This document shows positions 22,691 through 34,605 of a stretch of 64,000 nucleotides of DNA, in pieces (within the stretch, counting starts at the first letter, position 1; each line of letters starts with the position of its first letter). Origin of the DNA: Trichodelitschia bisporula (lineage: Eukaryota). The notes beneath the pieces were generated by a model. It searched no databases. It had not been told where the DNA came from and saw only the letters and a list, made by a program, of their open reading frames with translations. The stretch is taken from NCBI GenBank assembly GCA_010356995.1, contig ML996702.1:496001-560000 (forward strand), given 5' to 3'. A program made the translations under genes and the position numbers.

Positions 22691-25600
22691 TTCGAGAGAG
22701 TACACACAGACATTTGCGGTCCACCACCGTTGCTAGCAATCAGCAACTAGGTTCATTTCATGCCCATTGTGTACGGGGAAGCCGAGTTCACTCGGCCCGT
22801 TTGGATGGAGTAGATCGGAAGTGTGTCCTCTGCGCTAAGTGCGACAGCACATGGGAATGAGAGAGGAATTAGCATCTTGACGCAAGAACACGGAGCAATC
22901 ATACCCTTTCAGGTTTCACACTGGAATGTCTGTCCGGTCTTGAAACTGGAGTGTTGCGTTGCCACTTACCGCTGCAAACTTCAATTGCCCTTCATGTCGG
23001 ACCAAACCGATCATCCGCTCACTCGAACAGAGTAACCGCGCAGCCACGAGGAGCCCAGCCTAGCCATGCAGCTGAAAGATCCAATATAGATCACTTCGCA
23101 CTCAACCGGAAACTAGGAGTTGTTAACAGCTGACCCCTCCTTCATAATTCATGCTGTCCCTCAGCGACAAGTGCCCCGCATACATCAATCACGATTGCAT
23201 CACAGTAGAGCGGTAACCATAGCCGCCCCCCTCATCCTCGACCCAGGGACGACAGACACCCGACCCCGGTAAACCAGTCCCGCCGGGCCGACGACTCAGT
23301 GCGCCAGAGGAGCAAACCGCGCCCACCAGTACGCCGCGGAGTATCGAGGGCCATGACGCCGTGCAACCGCTGCTGCCGTACGCCTGTACCGCGGGACAAT
23401 GGACGACGGCGTGCCAGCAAGTCGGCCCGCAGCAGCGAGACCTGTGATGGGCCGCGTTCCGAGGACCCGGATTCGTGCCCGGACACAGCGTCTGATATCC
23501 GTCCCCTTCGCATACCGAGTATAGCCGGTTCTTAGCATCAACTCTGAGGACGCCGGCTGCCTGCGTGTCCGCCGCACTAGCCGGTGCGTGATGCGACGCA
23601 GCGCAGTGCAGCTTGCGCGCTGCGGTGCACAAGGCCTGGCAACCAGGCGCACCGCGCAAAAAAGGCAAGCAAGGCTGAAGCCTTCTTAGCGCAGGCGCGC
23701 GGAGTCAAAACCAGCCAATCGCAGCTTCGGCTTTTCCCGCAATGCCAGATGCACAGGATGTCACCGCCAGGCTCTGGTTTCAAGAACGCCCCCCACATCT
23801 GTTACCAGTGCGTTCAGCCAGCCGCGATTCCTCCTGTGCAATTCTTCCAACGTCCCACACACCACCTCTACTGCTCCACGTGCTCCAAGCCTTCACTCAC
23901 CAGACTGCCAGTCGCAGGTAACGGAGCGTCCCGCAGACCCTCTGCTCTCGACCTCGCTCTCCGACGAACTCACCTGCACCACCACCTCCCGCCCCCTCCC
24001 CGCTCGCACCTTCCCGCACCTCCCCGTCCCGCCCCACCGGCCCGAAGCCCAGCCAACAGCGAAAACCGGCCCGCCCACCCTCGGGCCGGGCCCCTCCGCA
24101 CCGAATCCAGCACCCCCTATGCATCACAACGAAACTTAAACACGCCACGCCACATCTCACCCCTCCATATCCCGCGATCCCCCCCGTTTCACCCTGCTCC
24201 CCATACCGCGATCGCCCTCGTTTCAGATCCAGCCTCCCAGGCCGCGGCCGCCGCCGCGGCCGCAGCGGCACCGAGTCACGGGCAGCGGGATGCGCGGGCA
24301 AGGTCGGATCGCGACCCCGCAACGTAGCGCTGTGCGTGGCGCGCGACTCAGGGCGTGCCGAGGGCGGACTGCGGGCGCGCGTACACGACTCGCGGGCTCG
24401 GATGGCTTCGCAAGGCGCTGCGGGCCGGACACGCAGGCGCGCGCTCGCGGTAGGAGGAAGCGCGCTGGGCCGTACGTCATTGTTTGTGGGACAAGACGTG
24501 AGGGGGAGCTGGGTGTACGGTAGATGTCCGAGTCCTCGCTTGGTTTTAGTGGGGGCGCGGCGCGGACGTTGGAATTGCTTGGAATGGGAGGAGAGGCTGT
24601 CAGGACTCGGAGAGCGCGCGTTGACTTGCTGTATGCCGCGCTCACGCGATCTTGAAAACTGAACTGCGTGCGAGCCCGACGGAACGGATATTCGGTAGCG
24701 AAGCCTTGCGCTCACGATGCGGGCCCGCCCAAAAATGGGTCGACAGTCTATCCGGGATGTCCCAGCACAGCCGAAGAAGAAACGCGAGCCCGGGTGCTAG
24801 GACTGGCGCATCCGGGCCCGCGACCCGGGGCTCACTTCCCGGGTGCAGGGGAAGAAGGGTTGAAGCTTGTCAGCGTCTGCGTGCTGGGAATTCGCACTTC
24901 ATTTCTGGTGGGTACGGTATGTGGATTAGCACGATGAGGAGAAGAGGAGGTTAGTTGCAAAGGCTGAAAGCGGAAATCAACTCCAATTGCCCAATCTTCC
25001 GAATTGCGCAACCCCCACATGGCGGGCGCGCCCGCACGATAGTGCGGAAGATAGGTTACGCGTGGCCCGAAGAGGGCGAAGATCAGCAGCCGCGTGGGCG
25101 GGCGGGAGCGCGTGGCTTAAATTTCGTAGTCGCGGATCGACGCGGATCGCGGGTGAATACCCGACGACTACGGCTCGGCACGGTAATGGAATCGAAACTC
25201 CTAATTCGAATGAACTGCCTCGCCTCCGGTTTGATACCCCGTACCCATAGTGAATTCTTGGTTTGTGGGTTGCATTCGCGCCTGGCTGCGCTTGCCGTGA
25301 TGGCCAGGGAAGTAGCAAGGCAAGGCAGCGCAAGGCAAGAGAGCTTGGAGTCTGACCCGGCAACCGCGACCCAAGCGGTCGGGTTGGAAAAAGAAAGGGA
25401 AAAACAAAAGAATATACGTTGGTGGGATCCTTGTCGCCTGCAATGGCAGTGCAGCTCAACCAATCATACTGCTGTTGCTTAACGTGCGATTGCTGGGTAT
25501 GCGCATTTGGCGGGGGTATCGGCGTGGAGGGATACGAGGTTCGGTTGATGGGGTTTTTAAAGGTGTGGGAGGTTCGTGGGCTCTGTAGGAGAAGCGAAAC

Positions 25601-25749
25601 TCGAGATGGGTTGGTTGAGGGCAGGACGAAGCGTAGGGCGGGCGGCGGGGATGACTTGTGGTGTGCTGGATCTGCCGGGCTTGAAGGACGGTGTCGGAAG
25701 CGGGACGGAGGCGAGGACGGTTATCAGGTGGTACAAGAGGGGACATGCA

Positions 25750-26130
25750 TGATGTCAAGATGGGGATGACATCGGAGTGTGACCTGAGGACTATCACACT
25801 GATGGTCGCAATGAACTTGACGGAAGCGATCCGATGGGTCCTGTTTCAGAGGATCTCTGTCCTTTTGCATACAGGATCGATTGGACAGGAGAACCGAGAC
25901 TTTCTGTATCTGGTGGATGCTGTCATCCTTTGCGAAACGTGCCATGTATGGGATTGAAGGAGCTGTCCGGATGCACTGAAAGATGCGGCGTGCGACGACG
26001 CAATCGAATATCTGATGTCTGTCCAGCGGACGACGACTTTGATACTAGAACTAGTCAACAATCCGTCTCAGGCGCAAGCAGCTTATCAAGATATCGGAGC
26101 GGTCTGCTGCACTGTCAGTCTTCGGCAAAG
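25750..26130 (+). pseudogene. Possible eroded BTB/POZ-domain gene
   Basis: Fragments in shifting frames: MTSECDLRTITL, GSDP, LFQRISVLLHTGS, LVDAVIL, MYGIEG/GLKEL, DAACDDAIEYL; they resemble the fungal BTB pattern ES...I.L...DP..F..FLYTG...LY.LA.KY....L. Confidence 0.3.
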
Positions 26131-29100
26131 CACCAGCTGCATGATAGTTGCCAACAGCTTGCAGTTACGAGGCCGCATTCAAGGCACATGTCCACATAAT
26201 CTCTTCAACCCTCCCAAGTTCCAACGAGGGCCTACATAACGCAAAGCACCCGATAACAACTGATATAAAAGTCAAAACTCGCCTCCAACGTCCAAACAAG
26301 CGCCCACCAAAAACCAAGCGGACCCTCCTCCGCGGATACGCCCTAGCCATCCTCCGCCCCGTGCCCTTCCAAAAACAATCCACCCCTCACCACGCAAAAC
26401 AAAACGGCATCTGAAGCCGGCTCTTCGCACTTATGCCGACCGGCTCACCAGTCACACCCCCTGTCACAGCCCCTCCCATGGCCCCGGGTCGCCTTCCGCT
26501 CCTTCTCGCGCGCCTCTCCAGTAGCGTCCTCGCAATCCAGGGCCAGGCCCGTTAGCACGGCAGGGGACGCAGGACCGGGTGGGGGTCCCACAACTAACCC
26601 TGTCATGTTTTTCTTTTTCCGTTTTGGGCGAAAAACCGGGCGGGTGCCTGTTGGGCTTTATAAACTCACTCCTTGAACAATGCGTACGGATGTACTGTGA
26701 TATTTCGGAGCGGGAGCAGAGTCATGGACCGCAGCGGCACTGCGCTTATTTACGCTTTATTGGGGGCCCGGCACTGCAAGCGAGAGACGCGGGGGTGGTG
26801 CGTGCAGGCCGTGCGCGGCGCCGCGCTGTGCGCTCGGAGGTTTGGGCCGGCGCGTGGCGGCGGGTTGGGGCTGTGCAGACTGCGGGTGCGTAGTTGGGTT
26901 CACACGCGGGTGGCGCTATCACCGAGGTGATGAAACGGGATGCTGGTGATGAAGGGAGGGGGGATGTTTGGTGCCTTGATGCACAGTGGAAGATGAGCGA
27001 TTCGCGCGATATGGAAGAGTTACTGTACGGGTGAGGAGATCGATACGGCTTTCGATATCGCTTTGATATGGCTTTGCCGCGATGGGAAGGAAGCGTGGGA
27101 GGGTGGAATCATGTCATTTCCGCATGGCATAGTCGAGAAGCCCCAATGGAACGTTGGATTAGCATCCCGCAGGTGGCTGGGGGCTAGATGTGGGTGCCTG
27201 GTACGGGGGGGATGTTACGTGAGCATTGGTACCGTGGTGGCGCGTATTCATTACCCAATGGCGGGAACGGTGCGCGGTGGTCAAAAGATTTCAATGTTTA
27301 TCGGAGTGCTCACTCGGAATGGTACACGACGAGTAATTAAGCAGTCGCGGTGGTGAAAGGGAACGGAGATGAGCTCCGGTTTGTACCCCGACGACCGCAA
27401 TGATCGTCTGTCGGAGCAAGGCGAGAGAATCGGTGATGTTCAGCGAACCATGCAAGAGATCGCTGGAGAGTTCGTCCACTTTGCCACGGGGGGGAGGGTC
27501 CCGGCTGTCTTTTGCAGGCAGATAGCTGGACTGGCAAGATTGGGTCCGGGAAGGGTTAGGAGGAAGCGACGGCATCGCACCTCGTTTTGCAACCAGGCCC
27601 GGCTACAGTAACCGGCGTATCGGGTCCATGTCCGCTTAAGACCCTCAACGGAAGTTAAGCAGGCAAAGAATTAGCGCAATTGGCTACCAACGAGGTCATT
27701 GAGGTTGCAATTCTGGGATGACTCCTGGTTCGCGGCATGGTTCGGGTTGGGGTTGGATCTCCGCCAGAGGTTTGGATCCTCCGCCAGAGTGGAAGCGGGA
27801 ACGGACAGGTGCAGGAGCAGCACCTTCCGAGACTGAAAGTCGATCAGGATTCGTGCAAAGCCTAGAGGAAGACGGAGACCAAATGTGGTTTCGGGTTAGA
27901 GAACCGCAGTCGTCGCAGAGGGGCCTGTTATGATGTCATTAGCCATGAAGATGAACGGGATTCCGCTGCAAGGGAATCAGAAGCAAATACAACTGCATAT
28001 GGATAGTGACAAATTCGAGGCACATGCAGCAAGCAAGGAAGGAGTGTGAGGGATGAGAGGCGATGGACGGGGGAGGGATGATGGTGGATGATGGTGTTGA
28101 AGCTTCTCCGAACTCGGGTCAGTAGCTCCACGAATCGGATGACTAATTTGGTACAAACGGTTAGAACTACCCCCAGGTTCCGGAGGTTCTCTCCGTAAAA
28201 CATCATCAACTACCGTACACGGACAACGGCTGAGGGAACCGACGACATCGAACGATAAGCTAGCCTTCATGTGAGATGCCAGGTACATCTCCAACGGTTT
28301 CCAGGTTGCTGCATGTTCAGCTGAAGAAAGCGACGCCAGAAGTGCATCTCGGCGCATTCATTTAGCGAAGACCAGCATCATAGCTCGGGAAATGCTTCAC
28401 AAAAGGATCAAAAGGCATCGATGCATCGACGTGCAGCCTCAACGTACCCGCTGTCTTCTGCGTCCAGGAACCCAGGCACAGCCCTGCTGACCAGGCCCTC
28501 CCAGCAACGCACATATCAACCCCGGTGCTGCTTCTCATGCATCAAAAATCGACAGCTGCTACTGGAGAGCTCGCTAAACTCCCCCGCCGTGATGCACGAG
28601 GCCCATCTCCTTGGATTCTTGCAAAATGATGTCCGTTTTTTCGTGAAATGATACTGGCCGGCGGCATGGCTTCAGATCACAAACTCCCACATCGGTCACC
28701 CTGGTCGTCCGGAGTATTTTTGCAAAATCGAGATGGAATCCCGGTGGAGACAGGGTGGTGGCGACAGCTCCCATTTTGAGCGCTCCGAATGCTGAACAGA
28801 GCGCCTTCCGCGAACCGGCCTTCAGCGCCACGGCCAACGCCCAAACGTCTATCGAGTCCTGTCCGCAAAACCTCATTTCCACCGTCACGTTCTTTGGACG
28901 GCTGTCTCTCGCGTGCGCGTTGCTTTGTTATTGCAGTGTCGTTGAAAGTTGGCATGCTGAGCCGCAGGCGCCGCGAGCGCGGGTTTTGCCTAACGGTATT
29001 ATCGGTACGTACTTCCCCGATATGTCCTTACGTAGTCGGCTATCCACAGCTTGTTATGCGCCTACGGACTAGTCGAATGGCTCAGAACGATTGAACTGTC

Positions 29101-30149
29101 CCGGTGCAGTGGTTCAGAAGGCTATTGTATCCCCATGTCTGCAACGCCTCAAGCTGCAGCTCGCCCGGTGCAGCACGGCCGTGACGGAACGGCAGCGGGG
29201 GGGTGAGAAGTGTGAACGTGTGATGGGAAGCGAGGGGAGTGATGAGGAGGAGAAGCTGAAGTGGTTTAAGGGGGGACGAAGGATGCCTCATCCCAGAGGT
29301 AAGTGTCTCAAGGCGAGAAAGGAGGAGCAGCTTCAGCTTCAAGAGAAGAAGAAGAAGCATCGTCGTCCTCGCAGAGGGTCCAGACAAGAGGCCGCCAGTC
29401 ATCCCCCCATCCCATATCGGCCCTCTGGCTTCCGGAGCTTTGTATCGTGCGCGGGGGTGGTGCGCCTTAGGGCCGTGCAGACTACCAATGGCCATGTCTA
29501 TTGGTCAATTGTGTGGGCGCCGGCGAACGGGGTTCAGGGCAGCAACACAGCTGGGCTTGTGAAGCCTTTCGCCTGAGCCTTTCAAGCCCTCGATGGGAGA
29601 AACCATGTTGTTGCTGGAGGACATGCGCCAGTCAAAGTCTATGTACACAGAAGTCTCGCCTGTCCTTGGCTTCTTGCTCTCCCGCGCCCGCTAAATATCT
29701 TAGTTGCTTGTCCTCTTGCTCGTGCCCTGGTCCCCTCCGGAGGTTGTTTCTGCGTGTATCCCCTCAATTTCGTTGTTTTTGAAGAAGCACTCGTTGCCGT
29801 CATATTTTTTGGAACAAAGAGCAAACGCAGTTCAATTGCTGGTGTCCGGATCTTATCTCCTCTAGAAATTTGCTTGTCTCGGAGCTTTGGTCGTTTTCCT
29901 TTCCTATCTCTACTCTCGCGAGGCAGCTCTTTTCGTCTCATTCCAGTATCCCCACCGCTCTTTTCCCCTCAACACCCCACCACCGATCACCAACGCCCAT
30001 AATAATTCTCCGCGCTGGAAACGCCAGACAGTCGTTGGCTTTGCGGGGCGAGATCAATTGACCCCACGATATCAGCATAACAGCCGCAGCAGCAACAAAG
30101 CCACAACGTCCATGCCCCTTTCGCCCCGCGAAAGGCACGACGAGGAGCA

Positions 30150-33100
30150 ATGGAGATCGCCGGTGCAGCCTTCCCCATCACGCCGCTACTCTCAACATGC
30201 ACCAAAATCGTCAAGATCCTGCACGACGTGGGCAAGAAGTTCCGCCGCGCCCCCCTCATGATGACATCCATCGCAACAGAATGCAGCCTCATCCACGTCG
30301 CCCTCGCCCAGCTGCGCAACTTCGACTGGGAGTCCATCGCCGCCTACGGCGACGGCCGCCACGAGCACATCACCCGCGCCACCGAGAGCATAATCCTAGG
30401 CTGCACGCTCACGCTCTCCGTCATCGAGGAATATGCCACGGAGCTGCAGGACTACGTCGAGGGGTCACCGCTTTCTCCGACTGAGCAAATGGGCATTATG
30501 GCGCGCGTCCGCGTCCTCTGGAAGGAAGACGAAATGCGCGAATTGCTCCTGCAGCTCCGCGGCTACCAAACGGGGCTAACCAACCTCCTCCGCGACGCTC
30601 ACGACTCCACCTTTGCCGACACAGCAGAGGCGCTCCTAGGCGGCGGCACCAATAACTTCGCGACCCTCCTCCAGCGCTCCCGCTCCTCCCGCGCCCGCAA
30701 ACCGCTGTCTATACGCGCCGCCATGCAGCAGGCGAGCACGTACAGCAGCTTGACGCGCGGGCTGCCGCAGACCAGTTCCCCGACCAGCACGGCGCACTCC
30801 GCCAACGCGAGCGTCAGCACCACGACCAGCTCACGGCAGAGCACCATCGCATCCAGCGTGTCGTCCGCCACGCTCTCCAGCCGCAACAGCAGCGTCAACG
30901 CGCTGTCTCCGACCGAGAGCACGGAATCTCTCCCCGCGAAGCGCAAGGCCCCGGATGCGGCGCGGCGCAAGCGCCCCGCTTTCCTAGCTCTCCAACCCGA
31001 AGAACCCGAGGCTGAGACTGAGCAGAAGACGCTTAGGCAGGCGCGGCCCCGGCGCCGGAATCGCGATCAGTTGAGGAAGAGTTCGCCGACTGTGGGGGAG
31101 AACTTTAAGTTTATTCCTGGGGAGCCGCCGGTTACGGATTTGCCGGAGGAGGAGGAGGAGGTGCGCGCTGCTGAGGAGCGCGAGCAGGAGGAGAGGGAGC
31201 GGGTTGAGCTGGAGCGGGAGCAGGGGCGGGAGCGGGAGAGGCTTGAGCGTGAGCATGAGGACGAGCATGAGCATGATGAGCGCGACCATGAGGAGAAGGA
31301 GGGCAGTGAGACGGAGACGGATGACGACCATGACCACTCACCCGACGAGCGCTTCCCCCCCTCCAAACCGCTCCCCGCCATCGCCCCCCCCAAACCCCCC
31401 TCCCGCTCCCAACACCGCCCTGCAAGCCAAACCCCCAACTCGGCCCCTCAAATCCCCTCCCGGGCCCCATCACGGCAAGGCGGAAACCTACCCCCCTCAC
31501 TCCCGTCACAAAACGAGCGGCGCAAGGCGAAGGCGCCGGTTCAGCAACAGCAGAGCTTTTACGACGACGATGATCATGAGCGTGAGCAGCATGAGCATGG
31601 GAACCGCGAAGTGGCCGACCTACGGGACAAGGGGCGCCAGTCGCACACGCCGAGTCCACATGGGTTTGTGCGGAAGGGGAGTACGGCAAGCGAGGAGCCG
31701 CGGAGGACGCCGACGAGTCCTCGTCAGTTGCAGCAGCAGCAGCAGCAGCAGCAGTATGAGCAGCAGTATCAACAGCAGCAAAACGGGCACCAGAACGGGT
31801 ATCAGAACGGCAACCAGAGCGAGTATCAGAACGGGCACCAAAACGGCTACCAAAACGTCCAAGCCACCCACCAAAACGGCCACTACTCCCCCGAACCTTG
31901 CCCCCCCTCCCAACACCCACGCAAGCAAAAATCCTCCTCCTCCGTCCGCGACCAAATAATGACTCTCCCGGAAACTGCCCGCCTGCGCAAAGAAGCAAGC
32001 GGCGAACTCAAAGCGCGGGCCCAGGGCCACCCGGTGCCCCCGCAACTCCCCCACGCCCACACCTACCCCTCGCACGAAACCCATCTCCCGGACGAGCCCG
32101 AGCACCACCCACAGGACCACCCCCCCTACTCCCCAACCCCCATGCACATCCTCGGCCCCCCCCGCACCTCCTCCCTAGAGGGCCTAACCCGCTCCCGCGC
32201 CGCCACAGACACTACCTCCGGCCCCTCCACCCGCGCCGGCCCCGCCTACAACTACACAAACGGCGTCCCCCTCTCCGTCCGCACCCGCCGCGGCCACTCC
32301 GCCTCAACCCCCGTCACGCGCTCCGCCTCCGACGCACGCCGCCCGCAGCCCGCCCAACCGGCGTACCAAACCGCAGGCCAGCAGCACTGGCACGCGCAGC
32401 ACGCGTACGCTATCCAGAACGGGGGGCCGAACGGGGCACACCCAGTCGAGGACCCGTATGTGCGGGCGCAGTCCCCCCAGAACCAGGATAGCCAAGGCGG
32501 GGACGCGGAGTGGCCTTTGCAGCCCGCCGATGCGCCCTCCATGCCGCGCATGCGCCGCGCGGAGGAGCAGCGGACGTATGTGCCTTCCCGGAACCCGCCG
32601 CCGGCACGGAGGGCCCCGCCGATATTGCTGGATTATGCGGCGAGGCCGAGTAGGGCGAGTACGCCGTATGGGGTTACGCCGAGGGGGGGCAGGAGTCGGA
32701 CGAATACGTTGAGGACTATTGAGAGTACGGATGCGAGTATTTTGGAGGGGGAGGGGGGGGGGGAGTATGTGAGTCCCGGCGGGGAGGGGGGTGGGTACAC
32801 AAGCCCAACGGAGGGGCACGGGTACACGAGTCCGACGGGAGAGGGACTGGGGTTGCCGGAGGGGACGGATGATGGGGCGAGTGTGGCGCCGAGTGTGTTG
32901 AGTGCGCAATGGTATCGGCATCCGAGGGAGAGGCTGGGGCTGGGGAGTCGGATTTCGAGGGCGGAGGTTGTGCCGTGGGAGATGGGCGAGTATGAGGTGC
33001 GGGTTGAGGGGGGGGAGGGGGTTTACCCGGGTGCTGGTGGACAGCCGCGGGGACAGGTGCAGCCCGGGCAGGCGCAGGCGGGCGCGCAGAGCCCGAAGGC

Positions 33101-33932
33101 GAAGAAAGGGCCGTTGTTTAGCGTGTTCCCGCCCAGGGCACCGAGTCGCATGCGCGAGGAGCAGGTCGAGAAAGCGGAGGACGCGCCGCGGAGTCCGCTT
33201 CTCACGGACGGGTTTCTGAACGGTGTTAGCAAACCCACGCCCGCCAGGCAAGCGGAGGAAGACGGCTCGAAGGCGAGCAGCAAGGACCGCAGCGTTGCGT
33301 CGCGCGGCAGCGAAGAAACCTCCAGCAAAGACGGGAAGAAAAAGAAGGAGAAGAAGGAAAAGAAGAGCAAGTTCGGCATGCTCGGCGAGATGTGGTCGGA
33401 GTACAAGGACTCGACCAACGCGCTGTATTTCACCGGATACTCCGCTGAATACGAGGCGCAGCAGGCGCAGAAGGACGTGAAGCGCAGCGCGTCCCGCCCT
33501 TCCACCGGCTCCGAGAGCCTGGTCAGCAGCACCGCGGCGAAGGAGAGCACTTACAGCACCGCCCCCACCCCCGGCCCGACAGTCGCAACCCTCACCCCCG
33601 CCTCGCACCACCACTACGTCCAAGCCCAATACGAAGCGCACCGCTCCACACAGCGCGCCGACCGGGAACCCAAACGGAGCGACAGCGTCGCCGAAACCCG
33701 CCCCCCGAGCAGCGCCGGGCACTACGGGCCCGTCCCGCCACGAAGACCGAGCCGAGACGCAGAGACGAGCCTAGCAGGTGGGAACAGCGGGGCCGCGGAG
33801 GGGGCTCACGGGAAGCAGGGCAAGTTCCCGACGCTGACGGAGATGTGGAGCGAGTACAAGAGCATGGGGGAGCAGTGGTACACGGCACCGTATAAGAGTG
33901 AGGAGCAGGGGAATATTGCGAATCCGCGGTAG
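30150..33932 (+). CDS. 1260-aa protein: N-terminal helical HeLo-like/STAND-N-type domain followed by a long low-complexity region
   Basis: Uninterrupted ORF. N-terminus IVKILHDVGKKFRRAPLMMTSIATECSLIHVAL.QL...ILGCTLTLSVIEEY...RVRVLWKEDEMRELLLQLRGYQTGLTNLL matches the fungal STAND N-terminal pattern from memory. Confidence 0.8.
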   Translation: MEIAGAAFPITPLLSTCTKIVKILHDVGKKFRRAPLMMTSIATECSLIHVALAQLRNFDWESIAAYGDGRHEHITRATESIILGCTLTLSVIEEYATELQDYVEGSPLSPTEQMGIMARVRVLWKEDEMRELLLQLRGYQTGLTNLLRDAHDSTFADTAEALLGGGTNNFATLLQRSRSSRARKPLSIRAAMQQASTYSSLTRGLPQTSSPTSTAHSANASVSTTTSSRQSTIASSVSSATLSSRNSSVNALSPTESTESLPAKRKAPDAARRKRPAFLALQPEEPEAETEQKTLRQARPRRRNRDQLRKSSPTVGENFKFIPGEPPVTDLPEEEEEVRAAEEREQEERERVELEREQGRERERLEREHEDEHEHDERDHEEKEGSETETDDDHDHSPDERFPPSKPLPAIAPPKPPSRSQHRPASQTPNSAPQIPSRAPSRQGGNLPPSLPSQNERRKAKAPVQQQQSFYDDDDHEREQHEHGNREVADLRDKGRQSHTPSPHGFVRKGSTASEEPRRTPTSPRQLQQQQQQQQYEQQYQQQQNGHQNGYQNGNQSEYQNGHQNGYQNVQATHQNGHYSPEPCPPSQHPRKQKSSSSVRDQIMTLPETARLRKEASGELKARAQGHPVPPQLPHAHTYPSHETHLPDEPEHHPQDHPPYSPTPMHILGPPRTSSLEGLTRSRAATDTTSGPSTRAGPAYNYTNGVPLSVRTRRGHSASTPVTRSASDARRPQPAQPAYQTAGQQHWHAQHAYAIQNGGPNGAHPVEDPYVRAQSPQNQDSQGGDAEWPLQPADAPSMPRMRRAEEQRTYVPSRNPPPARRAPPILLDYAARPSRASTPYGVTPRGGRSRTNTLRTIESTDASILEGEGGGEYVSPGGEGGGYTSPTEGHGYTSPTGEGLGLPEGTDDGASVAPSVLSAQWYRHPRERLGLGSRISRAEVVPWEMGEYEVRVEGGEGVYPGAGGQPRGQVQPGQAQAGAQSPKAKKGPLFSVFPPRAPSRMREEQVEKAEDAPRSPLLTDGFLNGVSKPTPARQAEEDGSKASSKDRSVASRGSEETSSKDGKKKKEKKEKKSKFGMLGEMWSEYKDSTNALYFTGYSAEYEAQQAQKDVKRSASRPSTGSESLVSSTAAKESTYSTAPTPGPTVATLTPASHHHYVQAQYEAHRSTQRADREPKRSDSVAETRPPSSAGHYGPVPPRRPSRDAETSLAGGNSGAAEGAHGKQGKFPTLTEMWSEYKSMGEQWYTAPYKSEEQGNIANPR

Positions 33933-34605
33933 GGGGAGGGAGGGAGGGGACGGGCAGAAAATGTTAGACGGTCCTTTTGGTGCTGCGTGGTGTCGCCGCT
34001 TGCCGGCTTTTCCTTGGTTCGGTATATACCCTTGTGTACGCTTGGTTGGTGGATGTACGTGGCGGCGGCGCGAAGTAAGCATGTCCGGGTACATACTTTT
34101 GCGCCGCGGAGAGCGCTGTTCCCGTGGGAAAGGCGCCTCATCCCCCGAACGGCGCGGTTTGGTGGGCTCCGTTTTGCGCCCTTGTACGAGTAGACGTCTG
34201 TGCCTCCGCACCCCTTTCCCCTTTCCCGTCTTGCGGGGGGAGTACGGAGTAGTAGTGTAGAGTACGTATGACGAGTCGTTGAGCCGCAAAGACCTCGTGC
34301 CAGCGACAAGTGACGCTAATCTCGCGTGCCTCGATACCCGCCATGTCCCCGCCCCGCAGCCCAGCGATCGAGCCGCGCCGATCCACGCCGATCGGAGCGC
34401 CTTACCGTCGGCCCGACCCGCGCTTCCGAGCCGCCGATCGACAATCGGTGCCGGTCTCAAAGCCCATGGCTCGCATACGAACACGAGTAAAGCAGTATAT
34501 TTCCTAACTCCTGATTTTATAAATGGCCTATCTACTATTGATAGCCCTCCCCAGACCTCGTCATCCACCAAGCCGAGTGCGCCGCTAAGCAGCTGTATAA
34601 TACAA

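Noticed and set aside
22108..22746. ORFs with FPLSSFL or KRKEERG repeats
   Set aside because: Translations of the heptamer satellite and the N gap
29200..29800. Lys/Arg/Glu-rich stretches as DDE transposase tail remnants
   Set aside because: No catalytic motif or terminal inverted repeats; resemblance too weak
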